A stretch of 51,412 bases of DNA from Octopus sinensis (taxonomy: Eukaryota), in contig NW_021835164.1 of NCBI RefSeq assembly GCF_006345805.1, forward strand, positions 1-51,412, given 5' to 3'. A program made the position numbers and the translations under genes. Under the pieces are notes generated by a model, which was not told the origin of the DNA, made no database searches, and saw only the letters and a program-made list of their open reading frames with translations. Below, in pieces: positions 35,592-49,125 of the stretch. Numbering within the stretch: position 1 is the stretch's first letter; each line of letters opens with the position of its first letter.

Positions 35592-36343
35592 GTTTAAGTT
35601 ATTAAATGACACCAATATCACTAAATATCAGAAAGCTATCATAAACAATCATTCGTACAATATCATTAGTGCCATAATATTAATGATGAGGCTAAATTTC
35701 TCGCTAAACGTAGTAAAATCGACGATAGATTAGAATGCTTAGCACAAAAAGGGAAGCTTTTATTACTTTAAAATACCATAAACCTAATTATCGTAATAAA
35801 CCAACTTGTAGATTGTTAAATCCAGCGAGGACTGATATCGGGCTAGTAGCTAAAAGATACTAAGAAGCATTAGTAACAAAATTAGAGACCACTGGGCTAC
35901 AACAACGGAATATAATAGTTTTATTGTAATAGATTGGTTCAAGAACTTTAAGAATAAGCATAGGGCTTAACTTAGTTTGACATGATAGATCTTTATCCCT
36001 CCATGTCGAGATTGCTGCTTGATAAAGCCATCATGTTTGCTAAGTCATATGTTAGTATAGACCCTGTAGACCTGGACTTTATCATGCATGCAAGGAAAAC
36101 ATTACTGTTTAGTAAGGACCCAACATGGATAAAGAAGTCGGATAATGGTGAATTATTTGACGTATCAATGGGATAGTGCGGTAGTACTGACGTCTGCCAT
36201 CTTGTGGGTTTCTTTGTATTAAACACATTGATATCTAAGTACCCATCTCAGGATGTTGGTCCGTACCGAGACGACTGATTGGGCATTTCCCATGGCTGTG
36301 GTGGTCACACCCTAGATAAGTTTAGGAAGTTACTTCTACCTTC
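35592..36343 (+). mobile_element. Naiad-like PLE: RT palm/fingers, inverted relative to the rest of the element
   Basis: [47 protein letters not shown]. Confidence 0.85.
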
Positions 36344-36479
36344 GGCTACTAATCCATCCAATGAGGACAAATTGTTGGAATGTGAATGATTGGAACTTCA
36401 ATCCCTAAAACTGTTGCCTTGTTTAATGTTTCGAGTAGTAGTCTTAAAACCATGATGACCTTTTAAAACCAAAGGGGAA

Positions 36480-36885
36480 CTAGCTCTGGCAAACATAATT
36501 CTAGATGGGAGGGAAAACACACAGCAAAGGAACGCAGAATAGTGAAATGTATTTTGTCAAAAACAATCGAACTACAGCAGTAAAAGGGATAACAGCACCA
36601 CACCTTGCCAAACCTGTGTCAAGCAAAAACCTTTCATTTTGAGCTCCATACATTTGAAAGCAAGGCTGCAATTGCTAAACTTCTACTAAGCGGGAGGAAA
36701 TGTTGTATAGATGATCAGAACTTATCAATGGCTCCATGAAACAATGTCATCTTCTCTAATGAATCATTATTCATCCTTTTCCCCCTACTTCTGGGCGAGT
36801 TTCTGTTTGGAGACAACCGAAAGGTGCCCTTATCCCTGACTGTTTGCCCTTAACGTGAATCATGAAAGTAGCTCTGTGATGATTT
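36480..36885 (+). mobile_element. Tc1-like transposase remnant
   Basis: KNNRTTA..VSSKT..AAIAKLLLS..VIFSNES.F.LFPTSGRV.VWRQPK..SVMI. Confidence 0.8.
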
Positions 36886-37282
36886 GTACAAACATATAAC
36901 GGAATATCACTTCCAAAATCAATAAGGAGAATATCGATGAGCAGCTATTTCGAAACCTGCGATGCCTTGTTTACATTCGAACAAAATACATTGGCGTCTT
37001 TGGTTACGTTAGGAAATGTACAAGTCATAATCTGGAGAAGTTAAGATTGTCAAGCAAAGAAAGAAACTGGTTAACACGAAGTTTACAAATGCAATCTGTC
37101 AGTAGAACAGTGAAAATATCTGTGATTTTCTTTAAAGTTAGACATGTGACAATTCTGGCTGTTCTTATCCCAACTGCAATGATGGGCGAGTTTGTTTCTT
37201 TGTTAGAAACCAGGTCCACCCATCCACCCATCCATCCATCCATTAAAATCAAAAGCTGCTTCAACATAGACGTTTCACCGGC

Positions 37283-37465
37283 CAGTAGTAGTAGTAGTAG
37301 TAGTAGTCGTCGTGTTGGTGTTGGTGGTAGTAGTCGTGGTGGTGGTGGTGGTAAGTAGTAGTAATAGTGGTGGTCGTGTTGGTGATGATAGGTTGTTAGT
37401 AAGTAGTAGTAGTAGTGGTGGTAGGTAGTAGTAAGTAAGTGGTGGTGGTGGCGGTGATGATAGTT

Positions 37466-37503
<38 letters not shown>

Positions 37504-37661
37504 GGCGGTGGTTGGTAGTAGTTTGTGTGGTGGTAGGTAGTAGTAGTAGTAGTGGTGGTGGTGGCAGTGGTAGTAGTAGTAGTTAGTAGTAGTAGTTAGT
37601 AGTGGTGGTGGTGGTGGTAGTAGTAGTAATAGTGGTGGTCGTGGTGTGATTGATAGTTGTA

Positions 37662-37698
<37 letters not shown>

Positions 37699-37728
37699 AT
37701 AGTGGTGGTGGTGGCGGTGATGATAGTT

Positions 37729-37766
<38 letters not shown>

Positions 37767-37776
37767 GGCGGTGGTG

Positions 37777-37808
<32 letters not shown>

Positions 37809-37824
37809 GGTGGTGGTGGCAGTG

Positions 37825-37865
<41 letters not shown>

Positions 37866-37887
37866 GGTGGTAGTGGTGGTAGTGGTG

Positions 37888-37919
<32 letters not shown>

Positions 37920-37950
37920 GGCGGTGGTAGTAGTAGTAGTAGTGGTGGTT

Positions 37951-38006
<56 letters not shown>

Positions 38007-38025
38007 TGTAGTAGTAGTAGTAGCA
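37283..38025. repeat. (AGT/GGT)n compound microsatellite with an internal block duplication
   Basis: Direct; explains the poly-Ser/Gly, poly-Thr and poly-Val ORFs. Confidence 0.95.
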
Positions 38026-38140
38026 GCCAAATATCCATTATACATACCCTGCTGTCCTAAAAGTAGAAAAATACATTGGATAGTGTAATCCTAGATACAT
38101 TAGGACAAGATGATTGAACATGGAAGTTAACAGCAACCTG

Positions 38141-38172
<32 letters not shown>

Positions 38173-38649
38173 TAATAATAATAATAATTACAATAACAAC
38201 AACAGCAACGGCGATAATGATGAGGACAGTGTTTAAAATGATTAAATTGGATTATGCCGTGGAAAAATCTATTGGAGTTGGGGCCATGGAGAAAGATTTT
38301 CTGCCGCTCACTAATTAAGGAGGCCAACTTCAGTTTTTGACAAATTGCAATAAAATCTATAAGATGTAATTCTATGGACAAACATTCCGCCTCATCAGAG
38401 AGTCATCGTCATTATGGCCGACGTCACCGTCATCGTCGTCATCGTCGTCGTCACCATCTTCTTCTTCATCCCCCCCCTCCTCCTCCTCATCATCATCATC
38501 TTCATCATCATCATCATCATGTCCACAATCAGAATCATGAGACCCCCATCATCATCACTATCAGCATTACTGTTACAGACTTAATCATATTTGTCGTCGT
38601 CGTTGTTTTCCTTGTCGACACCATCATCATCATCGTTATCATAATCGTC

Positions 38650-38684
<35 letters not shown>

Positions 38685-38974
38685 TCATCATCATCATCAT
38701 CATCATCATCGTCGTCGTCGTCGTCGTCGTTGTCGTGGCCGTCATCATCAACAACAAAAATTGTCTGCAAAAATATAATTGCAAAAAAAAAAATGAAACA
38801 ATGAAAAAATAATGAAAAAATCAAGTAAAACTACAACGGAAATAAATGATGAAAAATATATGGAAAACCTCTGAAGCTGACACGAATATACACCCACCCC
38901 ATAGACACTTGCGAGCATATACACGCATTACACACGCAGAAACATGTGTGTGAGTGTCAGTGTGTGTGTGTGAA

Positions 38975-39243
38975 TATTATATATATATATATATTATATA
39001 TATATATATTATATATATATATATATATATAATATAATTATGTATATATATGTATATACATATATATATATATGCATATATATATGTATATATATATGTA
39101 TATGTATATATGTATACATATACATATATATATATATGTATATATATATATATGTATTGTATATTATGTATACATATACATATATATTATGTATGTACGT
39201 ATTTCCTCACTTTCTCTCTTCCTTTCTTTACTTCTCTCTCTCT

Positions 39244-39286
<43 letters not shown>

Positions 39287-39590
39287 ATTAATTTCAAATT
39301 CATGTAGATCTATGGTGAAGTAGAAGTGACATATTTGGAGACACACACACACACACACCCATACATACATACATACATACATACATACATACATACATAC
39401 ATACATACATACATAGAAGAATGTATACGCACATCACATATATACACAGAAATAAGCGCCACAAATAAACAAATAAACCGGAATTGAATAATGAGGCAAA
39501 TCGCGGGCAAATTTTTTGCAAATTTCAAAATCAACAACAACAATAACAAGAATGACAACCACGACAAAATTCCGTGTGTGTGTGTATATG

Positions 39591-39643
<53 letters not shown>

Positions 39644-39751
39644 GTGTATGTATGTATGTATGTATGTATGTATGTATATATAGGTACATACATGTGTATA
39701 TATATATAAATACATACGCAATACACATATATATATATATGTATGTGTATA

Positions 39752-39785
<34 letters not shown>

Positions 39786-40030
39786 TTAAATACATATGTG
39801 TGTATATATGTATTTATATCAGTGTATATATTACACATATACATATACAGAGTAAGTTGGGGGAGAGAGAAACGGAGAGAAAGAGAGATCCCGTGCCTTC
39901 ACTTTGCACATAGTCTACTGGCCAGATATACACACACAATCACGTCAGTATATGTGCATATGTATATATGTATATATATATATATATACATACGTACGTG
40001 TATATATGTAGGTATGTTGATATGTGTGTA

Positions 40031-40084
<54 letters not shown>

Positions 40085-40193
40085 GGAATGCATACATATA
40101 TGCATATACGCGCGACTATTTTTATATGCGTATGTGCGAATGCCTGTGTAGATAATGTATGTATATCTGTCTGTCTGTTTATCTATCTATCTG

Positions 40194-40260
<67 letters not shown>

Positions 40261-40325
40261 GTCTGTCTGTCTGTCTGTCATCTATCTATCTATCTGTCTG
40301 TATGTGTGACTGTCTATTCATGTAT

Positions 40326-40391
<66 letters not shown>

Positions 40392-40694
40392 GCATACATA
40401 TACAACCACTTCACATACATACACACACGCACGCACACACACACATATATATATCTATATCTATATATTTATATAGTCTTTATATACGTATGCGTGCATT
40501 TGTGTATATGTGTGTCTAGTTTCCATAGATTTATCAATCCCGAATGTCTGTCGCACTATATATCAGTGTGTATGGAAGTGGCGTGTGAGTGTGCATCTGT
40601 ATAACTATTTCTATGAATGCATTCTATATGTATACATATATGCATACAGTAAGGAGCGAGAGAGAAGTGGGGGAGAGAGAGAGAGAGCGTGAGC

Positions 40695-40720
<26 letters not shown>
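38975..40720. repeat. Dense (TA)n, (CATA)n, (TATC)n and (GA)n microsatellite field
   Basis: Direct; short unique islands in between. Confidence 0.9.
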
Positions 40721-40727
<7 letters not shown>

Positions 40728-41214
40728 GCCAGATCGGTTTTTGCTTAAATCCATAGATTTCTATTTCTTTGGCTTCGGGCAAGCATAATTATCAATCAAC
40801 AGAAGCCAATGGCCAACTACTTACGACAGCCTCACATTCAAACACATTCAAATGCACACGTACACATAAATAAATACTGCACAAACATACGCATGCATTA
40901 ATGTGTGTGTGTACATGTATGTGTTTACCTAAGTATATTTCATTGAGAAATCGGTAGACTTGGACCTGCCGGCTTCGAAACCTTCGTTCAATAGTCGGAC
41001 GCTCTGTTTTTGAATAAATGTTTCACTCTACATTCTGATGCATTGAGCTCTTCCTTAAGTTTGTGACTGAGGTAATAATATCACACACACACACGAGTAT
41101 ATATACATTCACGCATTCACAAACACTCATACGTATACTATTATAAGTCTATGAATGTATAAGCATGTTGATATATATATATATAGTAAATCCCCACCTC
41201 CAAAACAAAGAACA

Positions 41215-41385
41215 TACATAAAAAACAACAACACGAGGACGTGGTACATGTAAAGTATTAGCAGACGCTCAGGGAAGGAAAGAAAGATGGTTTAACGTTT
41301 CGAGTGAATGCTCTTCTTCAGAAATAGGAGACAAAGGAAAATCCAAGAGAAAAGGAAGACGGAGGAAAAAAAATTGCCAACGTTT
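41215..41385 (-). mobile_element. PLE pLTR-like repeat related to family A
   Basis: Shares CTGAGCG..CTAATAC with family A; contains the hammerhead at 41291-41324. Confidence 0.65.
41291..41324 (-). ncRNA. Minimal type I hammerhead motif
   Basis: Reverse complement TTT-CTGAAGA-A-GAG(CATTCA)CTC-GAAA-CG-TT-AAA; core intact but stem I is weak. Confidence 0.6.
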
Positions 41386-42079
41386 CACTTGTGGTTACAT
41401 TTTGAAAAATGCATATATGTATATATATATATATATATATAATATATATATATACATACATACTTATATAAATGTATGTATACATCCCTTAATTTCTTGT
41501 TATCTTTGTCATAATCGTAATCACCTGCTAAATTTACCCGAAATATATATTCACATACACACACGCGCAAAAACAGAGCAGCTGTCTATACTTGCTTCTG
41601 CCTCGATAGCTGTCATCAGCACAGTTGGTCTGTTTTCTGCAGCAACGGGGAATGAGTTGAACATATACACACTTGTATGTGTGTCTATATATATGTGTGT
41701 ATATATATGTGTGTGTGTGTGTATGTGTATATATGTGTGTGTTTATATATATATATATACATATATATATATTTGTGTGTATATATATATATATATGTGT
41801 GTGTTTATATATATAGAAATATATACTTATATAGATATTTACATAGATATACATATATATATATATGCATGTATGTACATATATATATGTTTGTATATAT
41901 ATATATTTAATGTATGTATAGGGTAGGTAGGTAGATAGTAAGAAGGTATGTAAGAAGGTAGGAGGGTAGGTAAGTAGTGTATGCCAATTTACATCTATGA
42001 ACCTTGCAAATAATCATTTATATTGAGCATATAAATAATGAACGCATTCTATTTGAATTCGTTCACACATACATTCGTG

Positions 42080-42110
<31 letters not shown>

Positions 42111-42135
42111 GTACATATATGTATATATATGTATA

Positions 42136-42180
<45 letters not shown>

Positions 42181-42199
42181 GCGCGTGTGTGTGTGGTGT

Positions 42200-42241
<42 letters not shown>

Positions 42242-42387
42242 TATATTATCTATCTGGTGTTGCTTTTGAATTGTGTGTTTGTGAGGAAAACGCGTGTATA
42301 TGTACCTCTTTAGATGCCTTCGTGTTACGGGTGAATTTCTGCACATGTGTATGTATAGTTCTCTCTTTCTCTCTCTCTCTTTCTTTC

Positions 42388-42435
<48 letters not shown>

Positions 42436-43263
42436 TTCTCTCTCTGCCTCTCTCTGTGAACATTTGTTGCTGAACGTGTTTGTATAAATATTGCAACAAA
42501 CATGAAAAATATATTCGTAAAATTACAGCATTGGATTAGCATAAAAAAAGAGAACATTGTATTTATGCCTTCGTTTAAATGTTTGTATTTATTACTTTTC
42601 ACTTTTTCTTCTATTTTTCCTGAAAACATTTAAGAGTTATTTCCCCTTCTATTTTCCTCCATTATTAATTTTTTTTTCCTTTTGTGAATGTAAGTATTTA
42701 TCTGTTCTCGGGTAATATAATATGATTCCATGACAAAAAGAAAACATGATTCTTAAAGAAAGAAAGGAGTTTGGTCATGGCTTACTACAAGAGAATTGGT
42801 TAGGAATCACGTGAGAATACACAACATAACGGGAACAATAGATTCCTTAGTATATGTTCTTTATGGGGTTAGGTGGTGGTGGTGATGTTGGGGTCAGGGT
42901 TTTAAATGAATAGATACGAAGTTGGCTGGTTGGCTGGCTGGTTGGTTGGTTGAACAGAAGCAGATAAATATTATACGAGCTGCAGATAAGCGAATGAGAA
43001 TCATACAACGCAAATACAAAAAGATACAGACGTACACATAAATATACAGAGATACAAACAAGGACAGTGAAGAGATGGAGGGCATGGAAATATAAGGGAG
43101 GAAGAAAAGAATGCTTAAATACACGCTCACACATAGGTGTATATATGTATATATATGTGTGTGCGCATAATACACAGTTATATAAGACTGTATAAATCTA
43201 CGCATATGCATATATAGAGGTACAATATATACATACATATGTGTGTGCGTGTGTATTATAGAT

Positions 43264-44825
43264 ACTAGCATTATAACCCGGCGTTGCCGGGTCATAGTGC
43301 TAGAGCATGTATATATGTGTATATATATGTGTACATATTACATGTACATCTATATATATACATCTACACATAAAATACAAAATACGAAGTTATATCTTGA
43401 TATCGCTTGGGATAACAATACTCAAAATATATAACAGACTGGAATCGTAGGCCCGTCTCTTGCAATTTCTATCAATTGTATCTTGTCCTCCCTCTTGTAT
43501 AGAAGTGTGGCTACAATCCAGCCTACCTCTACTTCTGGGGGGACATTTTAAATTCTTATCCTGGACGCCCTACGTCCCAGATATAAAGGTAAAAATAAAA
43601 TATTTCCACTTTGCAAGGTTCGAGTCGAGTACTCCCTTGCTTCTATTGTGGTGAATTTACCGCCTCTGGTTAGATACTTTCATAGTCTTTCATAGTCGCA
43701 CCAAGACACTTTTCGATGGTGCTTTCCTCCAGGTGTTCAAATCTTTTTTTCTCTACATTGTATACTTTATAGACAATAGTCTTTTCTTTAATTTTATTTT
43801 TTATTTCGTTTGGTGGTGTTATCCTAGATTCACCGTCTTTGTCGGTGATCAATCCGAAATAGGTTTGTATTTCTTCCATTTTAATTTTAATCAGTTCGCG
43901 CCCGCCGACGGCTGCAGCAAAATTCATTTTTGGGCAGTCTTCCATCGAAGGCATTTTAACAAAAATGTTTCCGTATAAACGGTGAAAATATTGTCAATTT
44001 CCTCAAACAGGGACACAATTCAATTTTTAAACAATAACCAAAGCTCCTTCTCCCAAAGGGGAAGGGTTACGGTTTACAATTATTTAACAAATGCAACACA
44101 ACAACGTTTCCCTTACGAGGAACCAACAATCGTGATAACAATAGTTAAACAGTAATAATAATAACAACAACAACAGACCTTACGATGAATCAAAAAGCAA
44201 TACTCAGTTGAAGCTAAACCAACAGCAGTACTCAGTAGAAGCGGCTGTTCGAGAAAACAGACATTACATACAGCCAAACCTCATATAGATACTTAATGCT
44301 AGCTAATTAGCAGATAATCTAATGTAAAAGCCGTGGTAAAGGGTATGTGCACAGCTCCATCTGGACTATTCCATTTCTGCACACTAATTTTATTTTTAAT
44401 TTATTCTCATTCATGTGAAACCACTTATTCAAGTTCAAGTCATTGATGCAATTTTATACCAATTGCTATTTTTACTTTTAATTGTTATGTTACGATTTAA
44501 TTTAGTTTGATTTCAATTATTACTTACTACATATAATTCAATTGTTATTATTATCTCTAATTTTTATTGTTAAAGTGAAAGTATCTGACATAAAATAGGG
44601 AAATGTTTTTGTTTCACTTTTAACACGTAATACTGAAATAGTGGAGAAGATATGATATTGCTATGGGCTCGCCCTAGGCAAGAAGCTGAACATTTTTTGC
44701 CCATGACACTCCCCGGACCCTAAGTAAGACATGTGTAAAATTTGAATGAAATTGGTTGTGTAGTTCTCAAGTTTTAGGGAAACACACAGACAGACACACA
44801 TTCTCAGTTTTATATAGTGAGAGAT
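43264..44825 (+). mobile_element. Helitron/Helentron-type element termini enclosing a LINE ORF1 fragment
   Basis: 5' ACTAG..ACCCGGCGTTGCCGGGT and 3' ACAGACAGACAC..TTTTATATAGTGAGAGAT resemble the ends of 31063-31454; that both ends belong to one element is inferred. Confidence 0.5.
43420..43954 (-). pseudogene. N-terminal fragment of an ORF1-like protein homologous to the 10.9-kb ORF
   Basis: RITPPNEIKNKIKEKTIVYKV..TRGGKF..EAREY..LQSGNILFLPLYLGRRASR..VPPEVEVGWI versus EIVPPKQWMKDFEERTVVLRT..SRGVKY..EARIF..LEGNKILFLPTYCGRKLTR..LPPGIKPEWI. Confidence 0.75.
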
Positions 44826-44838
44826 ACATACTACTAAC

Positions 44839-45127
44839 TGGTACTCCATCGGTTACGACGACGAGTGTTCCAGGTGATCCGATCAACTGAAGAGCCTGTT
44901 CGTGAAATTAACGTGCCAGTGGTTGAGCACTCCACAGGCACGTGTACTCTTAATGTGGCAACGTTGACCCGTTGAATTACAAGTAAAACTCATTTTTGCC
45001 AGGTGAGTCGACCGGAGCAACGCGGAATAAAGTGTATCTGCTCGAGGAGACAACGCGCCGACAAGAGTCGAACTCACTACTTTTCGATCGAGAGCCGTGT
45101 ATCCCAACCACTCAGCCCTGCGCCTTC
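44839..45127 (-). mobile_element. tRNA-SINE (head A-like, shortened body B, tail Y)
   Basis: Reverse complement GAAGGCGCAGGGCTGAGTGG..GAGTTCGACTC..AAATGAG..GTGGAGTGCTCAACCACTGGCACGTTAAT..CGTCGTCGTAACCGATGGAGTACC. Confidence 0.75.
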
Positions 45128-46926
45128 ATATGTATACACACACACACACACATACACACACACACACACATAGTCATAATACATTTCCATAGGTGTAGAC
45201 AAGATCGCATATATATATTTACGACATACACTCATACATATGTGTGTACACATATGGCGGTGCTGACGGTAGTGGTGGTGGTGGTGATAATAATAATAGT
45301 AGTAGTAGAGTAGTAGTAGAGCAGCAGCAACGGAAAATGAAATCACTGACTAAAATGTAAGAAGTTAAACAGGTAAAAGGGTTATCTCCCTTGGACTTTA
45401 ATTATAAGGCTGGAAAGATCAACAAGTCAGGAAAAGACGGAATTTTCCATTCTTCGTGTGTGTATTTCTGGGCTTAAGCCTTTTACATTGTCATCGTTAT
45501 CGTCGTTGTTCCTGGTAGCTCTATGATCCTCCGCACACCTACGTCCTCCTCACTCGTTGCCGCTGTTACTGCCCTTGACCCCGACTTTTGGTATCGTCCT
45601 GTATCTCTCTGTGTTTGTGTGTCGGCTGCCATCATGCCAGTTATTGTTGTCGTTGATGTCGGTCGCGTTGTTGATGTTGTTGTTGCCGTTTGTGTAGTTA
45701 CTGTACGTATGGTTGTGTTTGTGTATATGGGTTCGCTTTCTATGTTGTTTGTATCCGTGCCCTTTATACAGTAATTTTGTGTTTATCTATTTATCTCTAT
45801 TTCTTATACTTATCATAGGTATGTCCATATTTGTCTATTCTCTGTGTATTACATTGTTTGTATCTGTTTTCTTCCCTTCTGTCTTTAGTTGTCGTGTAGC
45901 GTGGTGTTGTGGTGGTGGTGGTGGGTATTCTTGTTCCATTCGTTTTTTCTGTTGCGGTTTAGTCCGTCTATTGCTATGTGTTTAGCCTCTGTAATCTGTC
46001 CAGGTGTCGTGTCAGTTCTATGCGTTGATAATATAGTCTGTGTGTATTACATTGTTTGTATCTGTATTGGACGACTAGAAGTGTCAGGGTGTTAATGGCA
46101 TCGATACGATTTCTAAAGTCAAGTTCAGTCTTCAGGACAAGTTTCATTCTCCTAGAATATTCCTTTCTAATTTTTTTCCCGTCATAGTAGTATGGTGTAT
46201 ATGATCTCCTTCGTTTATTCCCGGGTGCTTATAATTTTGAGTCAAGGTTGCTTTAGTGCTTCCCAAACAACAACTAGAATACAACAGCAAAAAGAACAAG
46301 AATGAATGGAGAAATATAATAATAATAGAAACAGCAAATATTGTGAGAAATACTAATAATATTGATAACAATGATGATGATGATGATGACGACGACGACG
46401 ACGACGTCGATGATAATGATGAAGATGGTGGGTGTGGGAGTGGGGGAATGGGATAACGACGATGATGATCATGTAGAAGATAATGATGACGAATATATAA
46501 AGAAAAGCCTTAAGAAAACGTATAGCACACACACACACATGCGAACATACACACATAATTATGCGCGCGCATACGCACATACACAAATGACAAAATAGAA
46601 TCCCACGGGCAAACGGCAGCAAAATGGTTAGTGGCACAGTGTTGCCCAACCTTCACCTGTTGCTCCTATGTCGCTCAATTTAACACCATTTCGCAGGATA
46701 TATATTCCCCAGCCTTTTGCCTTCGTCAGCTTCAGACTCGCCATATTTAATTCTCTGTGTGCAACCTCAAACGATCAAACAACAAAGTTTATGAGGAAAT
46801 AAGACAAGACTAAGACAAGACGAGACTAAGATAAGACAAGACTAGGATAAGACAAGTTCTCTGAGCCTATCAGGTGAAAACTAAACACATGACACGGCGC
46901 TCTGTATCACAAGGTTCACAATGTTA

Positions 46927-47135
46927 CTGGTTCCAGTCATTGGACTGCGGCCATGCTGGGGCACCACCTTGCTGAGGTTTTAATTGAAAAGATAGACTGC
47001 AGTACTTATATTTTTAAAGTATTTATTATATGGGTCCCTTTTGGCGAACCGCTAAGTTACGGGTACGTGAAAAAAAGAAAAACGAACGCTTGTTGTCAAG
47101 GGTTGGTAGGGGACAAATACAAACAGAAACATACA
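46927..47135 (-). mobile_element. SINE 3' half with the shared LINE-type tail
   Basis: Reverse complement ..GTGGTGCCCCAGCATGGCCGCAGTCCAATGACTGGAAC; an isolated tail also occurs at 47345-47390. Confidence 0.7.
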
Positions 47136-47301
47136 TACATGGACATATTTATATACAAACACACATGCACACACTCACAAAAACACACACACACACACAC
47201 ACACATTCACATAATTGTGTGCATATGTTTGTATCTCTCTCCATATATATTATATATATGTGTATGTATAAATATGTATGTATATATATATATAATATAT
47301 A

Positions 47302-47343
<42 letters not shown>

Positions 47344-47531
47344 TCTTTAGTTTCCGCTCAGAGCTGTAGCCATGCTGATGCACCGCCGTTTTGCTACACT
47401 GTTATTACTAAGAGCCTCCTCTTAAATGTGGCACTTGGTGAAGGATATATATAATATATATATTATATATATGCACGTATGTACATATATATTTATATAT
47501 GTGTTTGTGTGTGTGTGCGTATGTGTTTATT

Positions 47532-47562
<31 letters not shown>

Positions 47563-48055
47563 TGTCTTCGTGTGGCCCTAAGTCTTTATTCTTTTTGTCA
47601 TTTTGTCTGGAGCCCGTCTCATTTTATTATGTTCCCGACAAGTTTCTCGTCGGTGCATCCACAGTGGAAGCAATATTATCGATAATGGCTGAAATTGCAT
47701 TTGACCCCTCTGGCCGATAACTGATGAAGAATTAATGACCCATGTTTTCTGTTCACCTGTGTATTTAGTATACGTTCGTTTGTTTTTTTACTACACGTCT
47801 TTTTTTTATTATATATAGTATTTTTATTTATATATAGTATTTATTATATAGTATGTCATATGTTCCGTTTATTGTCTTTTTATATAATCCTGATGCACGC
47901 ACTCATTAATTTGATATATATATATATGTGTGTGTGTGTGTGTATACACGAGTAAGCACATAAATGAGAAACAAGGTGGAGAAAAATAGTACTCGAATAC
48001 TTGAGATAGAGTAATATGCTTTTTCTATTATTAAAGCTGCAAGAACATGTCAAGA

Positions 48056-48146
48056 ACTGCAACTTAGAGTTTCACGTTCCCGTTCGTCGGGCAGTTCTTG
48101 ATCACAACTGCCCAACGAAGGGGAACATGAAACTCTGACTAGCAGG
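48056..48146. ncRNA. Inverted pair of type I hammerhead-like motifs
   Basis: Minus copy 48056-48095: ACTGC-CCGACGA-ACG(GGAA)CGT-GAAA-CT(CTA)AG-TT-GCAGT; more decayed plus copy at 48107-48146. Confidence 0.6.
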
Positions 48147-48177
48147 TTTTTTTCGATGTTCTTGCAACTGTAACAAT

Positions 48178-48575
48178 CCTTTCTACTATAGTCACAAGGC
48201 ATAACATTTTGGGGGTGAGGTTAAGGCGATTACATTGACCCTATTGTTTCACTGGTACTTAATTTATCGACCCCGAAAGGATGAGAGACAAAGTTGACCT
48301 TGGCGGAATTTGAACTCATAACGTAGCGACGGGCGAAATACCTATTTCTTTACTACCCACAAGAGGCTAAACACAGAGAGGACAAACAAGGACAGACAAA
48401 CGGATTAAGTCAATTATATCGACCCCAGTGCGTAACTGGTACTTATTTAATCGACCCCGAAAGGATGAAAGGCGAAGTCAACCTCGGCGGAATTTGAACT
48501 CAGGACGAAATGGCAGACGAAATACGGCTACGCATTTCGCCCGGCGTGCTAACGTTTCTGCCAGCTCGCCGCCTT
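48178..48575 (-). mobile_element. Tandem SINE dimer (Deu/Nin-like core family): full copy 48335-48575 followed by a headless copy 48178-48334 with a different tail
   Basis: Both carry GATAAA..AAGTACCAG and TCATCCTTTCGGGGTCG; homologous to 14284-14462. Confidence 0.8.
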
Positions 48576-48599
48576 TCTGAATGTTGGCTGAACCTTAAA

Positions 48600-49125
48600 A
48601 ATTCCAGACACGCAGGTCCTGTGGACAGCTGATATCTTGAGCATTGAGGCGATGGTGAACAAGCACTTGTTATGTTGGACTAGACACCTTATTAGAATGA
48701 AGGATAGCAGGATCCCTAAGCAGATGCTATATGGGGAACTTGTGAATGGAAAGAGACCCCGGCTGCGATTTAAAGACTGTGTCAAGTGCTCATTAAAGGC
48801 CTGTGATATGCAGGAGACTGGCTGGAAGAGCAACGCCTGTCATCGCCACAGGCGGAGGCAGCAGATTGAGGAGGGGGTCGACACTTTTGAGAGAGCACGT
48901 ATTCTGCATGAAGAACTTAAGCATGCTGCTCAAAAGCGCACTGCTAGCGTAGTGAATGGGGAAAGCTTGGCTTGCAATGTTTGAAGTCATGTATGCTTGT
49001 CAAGAGCAAGGCTCATTAGCTACCAACGGAGCCTCAAATGCAAAATATAAGTTAGTCCTCGAGCGCACAATGTTCCTGAAGGTTAGCAATGGTCTTCCTC
49101 GGTTACGAGTGGACAGCCAATCGAC
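48600..49125 (+). mobile_element. RTE-clade LINE 3' fragment
   Basis: SIEAM..WTRHLIRMKDSRIPKQMLYGEL..GKRPRLRFKDCVKCSLK..W..C..C.SR. Confidence 0.88.

Noticed and set aside
33400-36343. Selenocysteine (UGA) codons as reported for some Naiad elements
   Set aside because: The TGA seen (YRDD*L) replaces a conserved Gly, not a Cys, and the element has many other lesions; no SECIS recognised.
37583-38088. Poly-Ser/Gly, poly-Thr, poly-Val and poly-Leu ORFs, and similar YI/CV/LS/His-rich ORFs throughout the track
   Set aside because: Translations of microsatellites with no complex coding signal.
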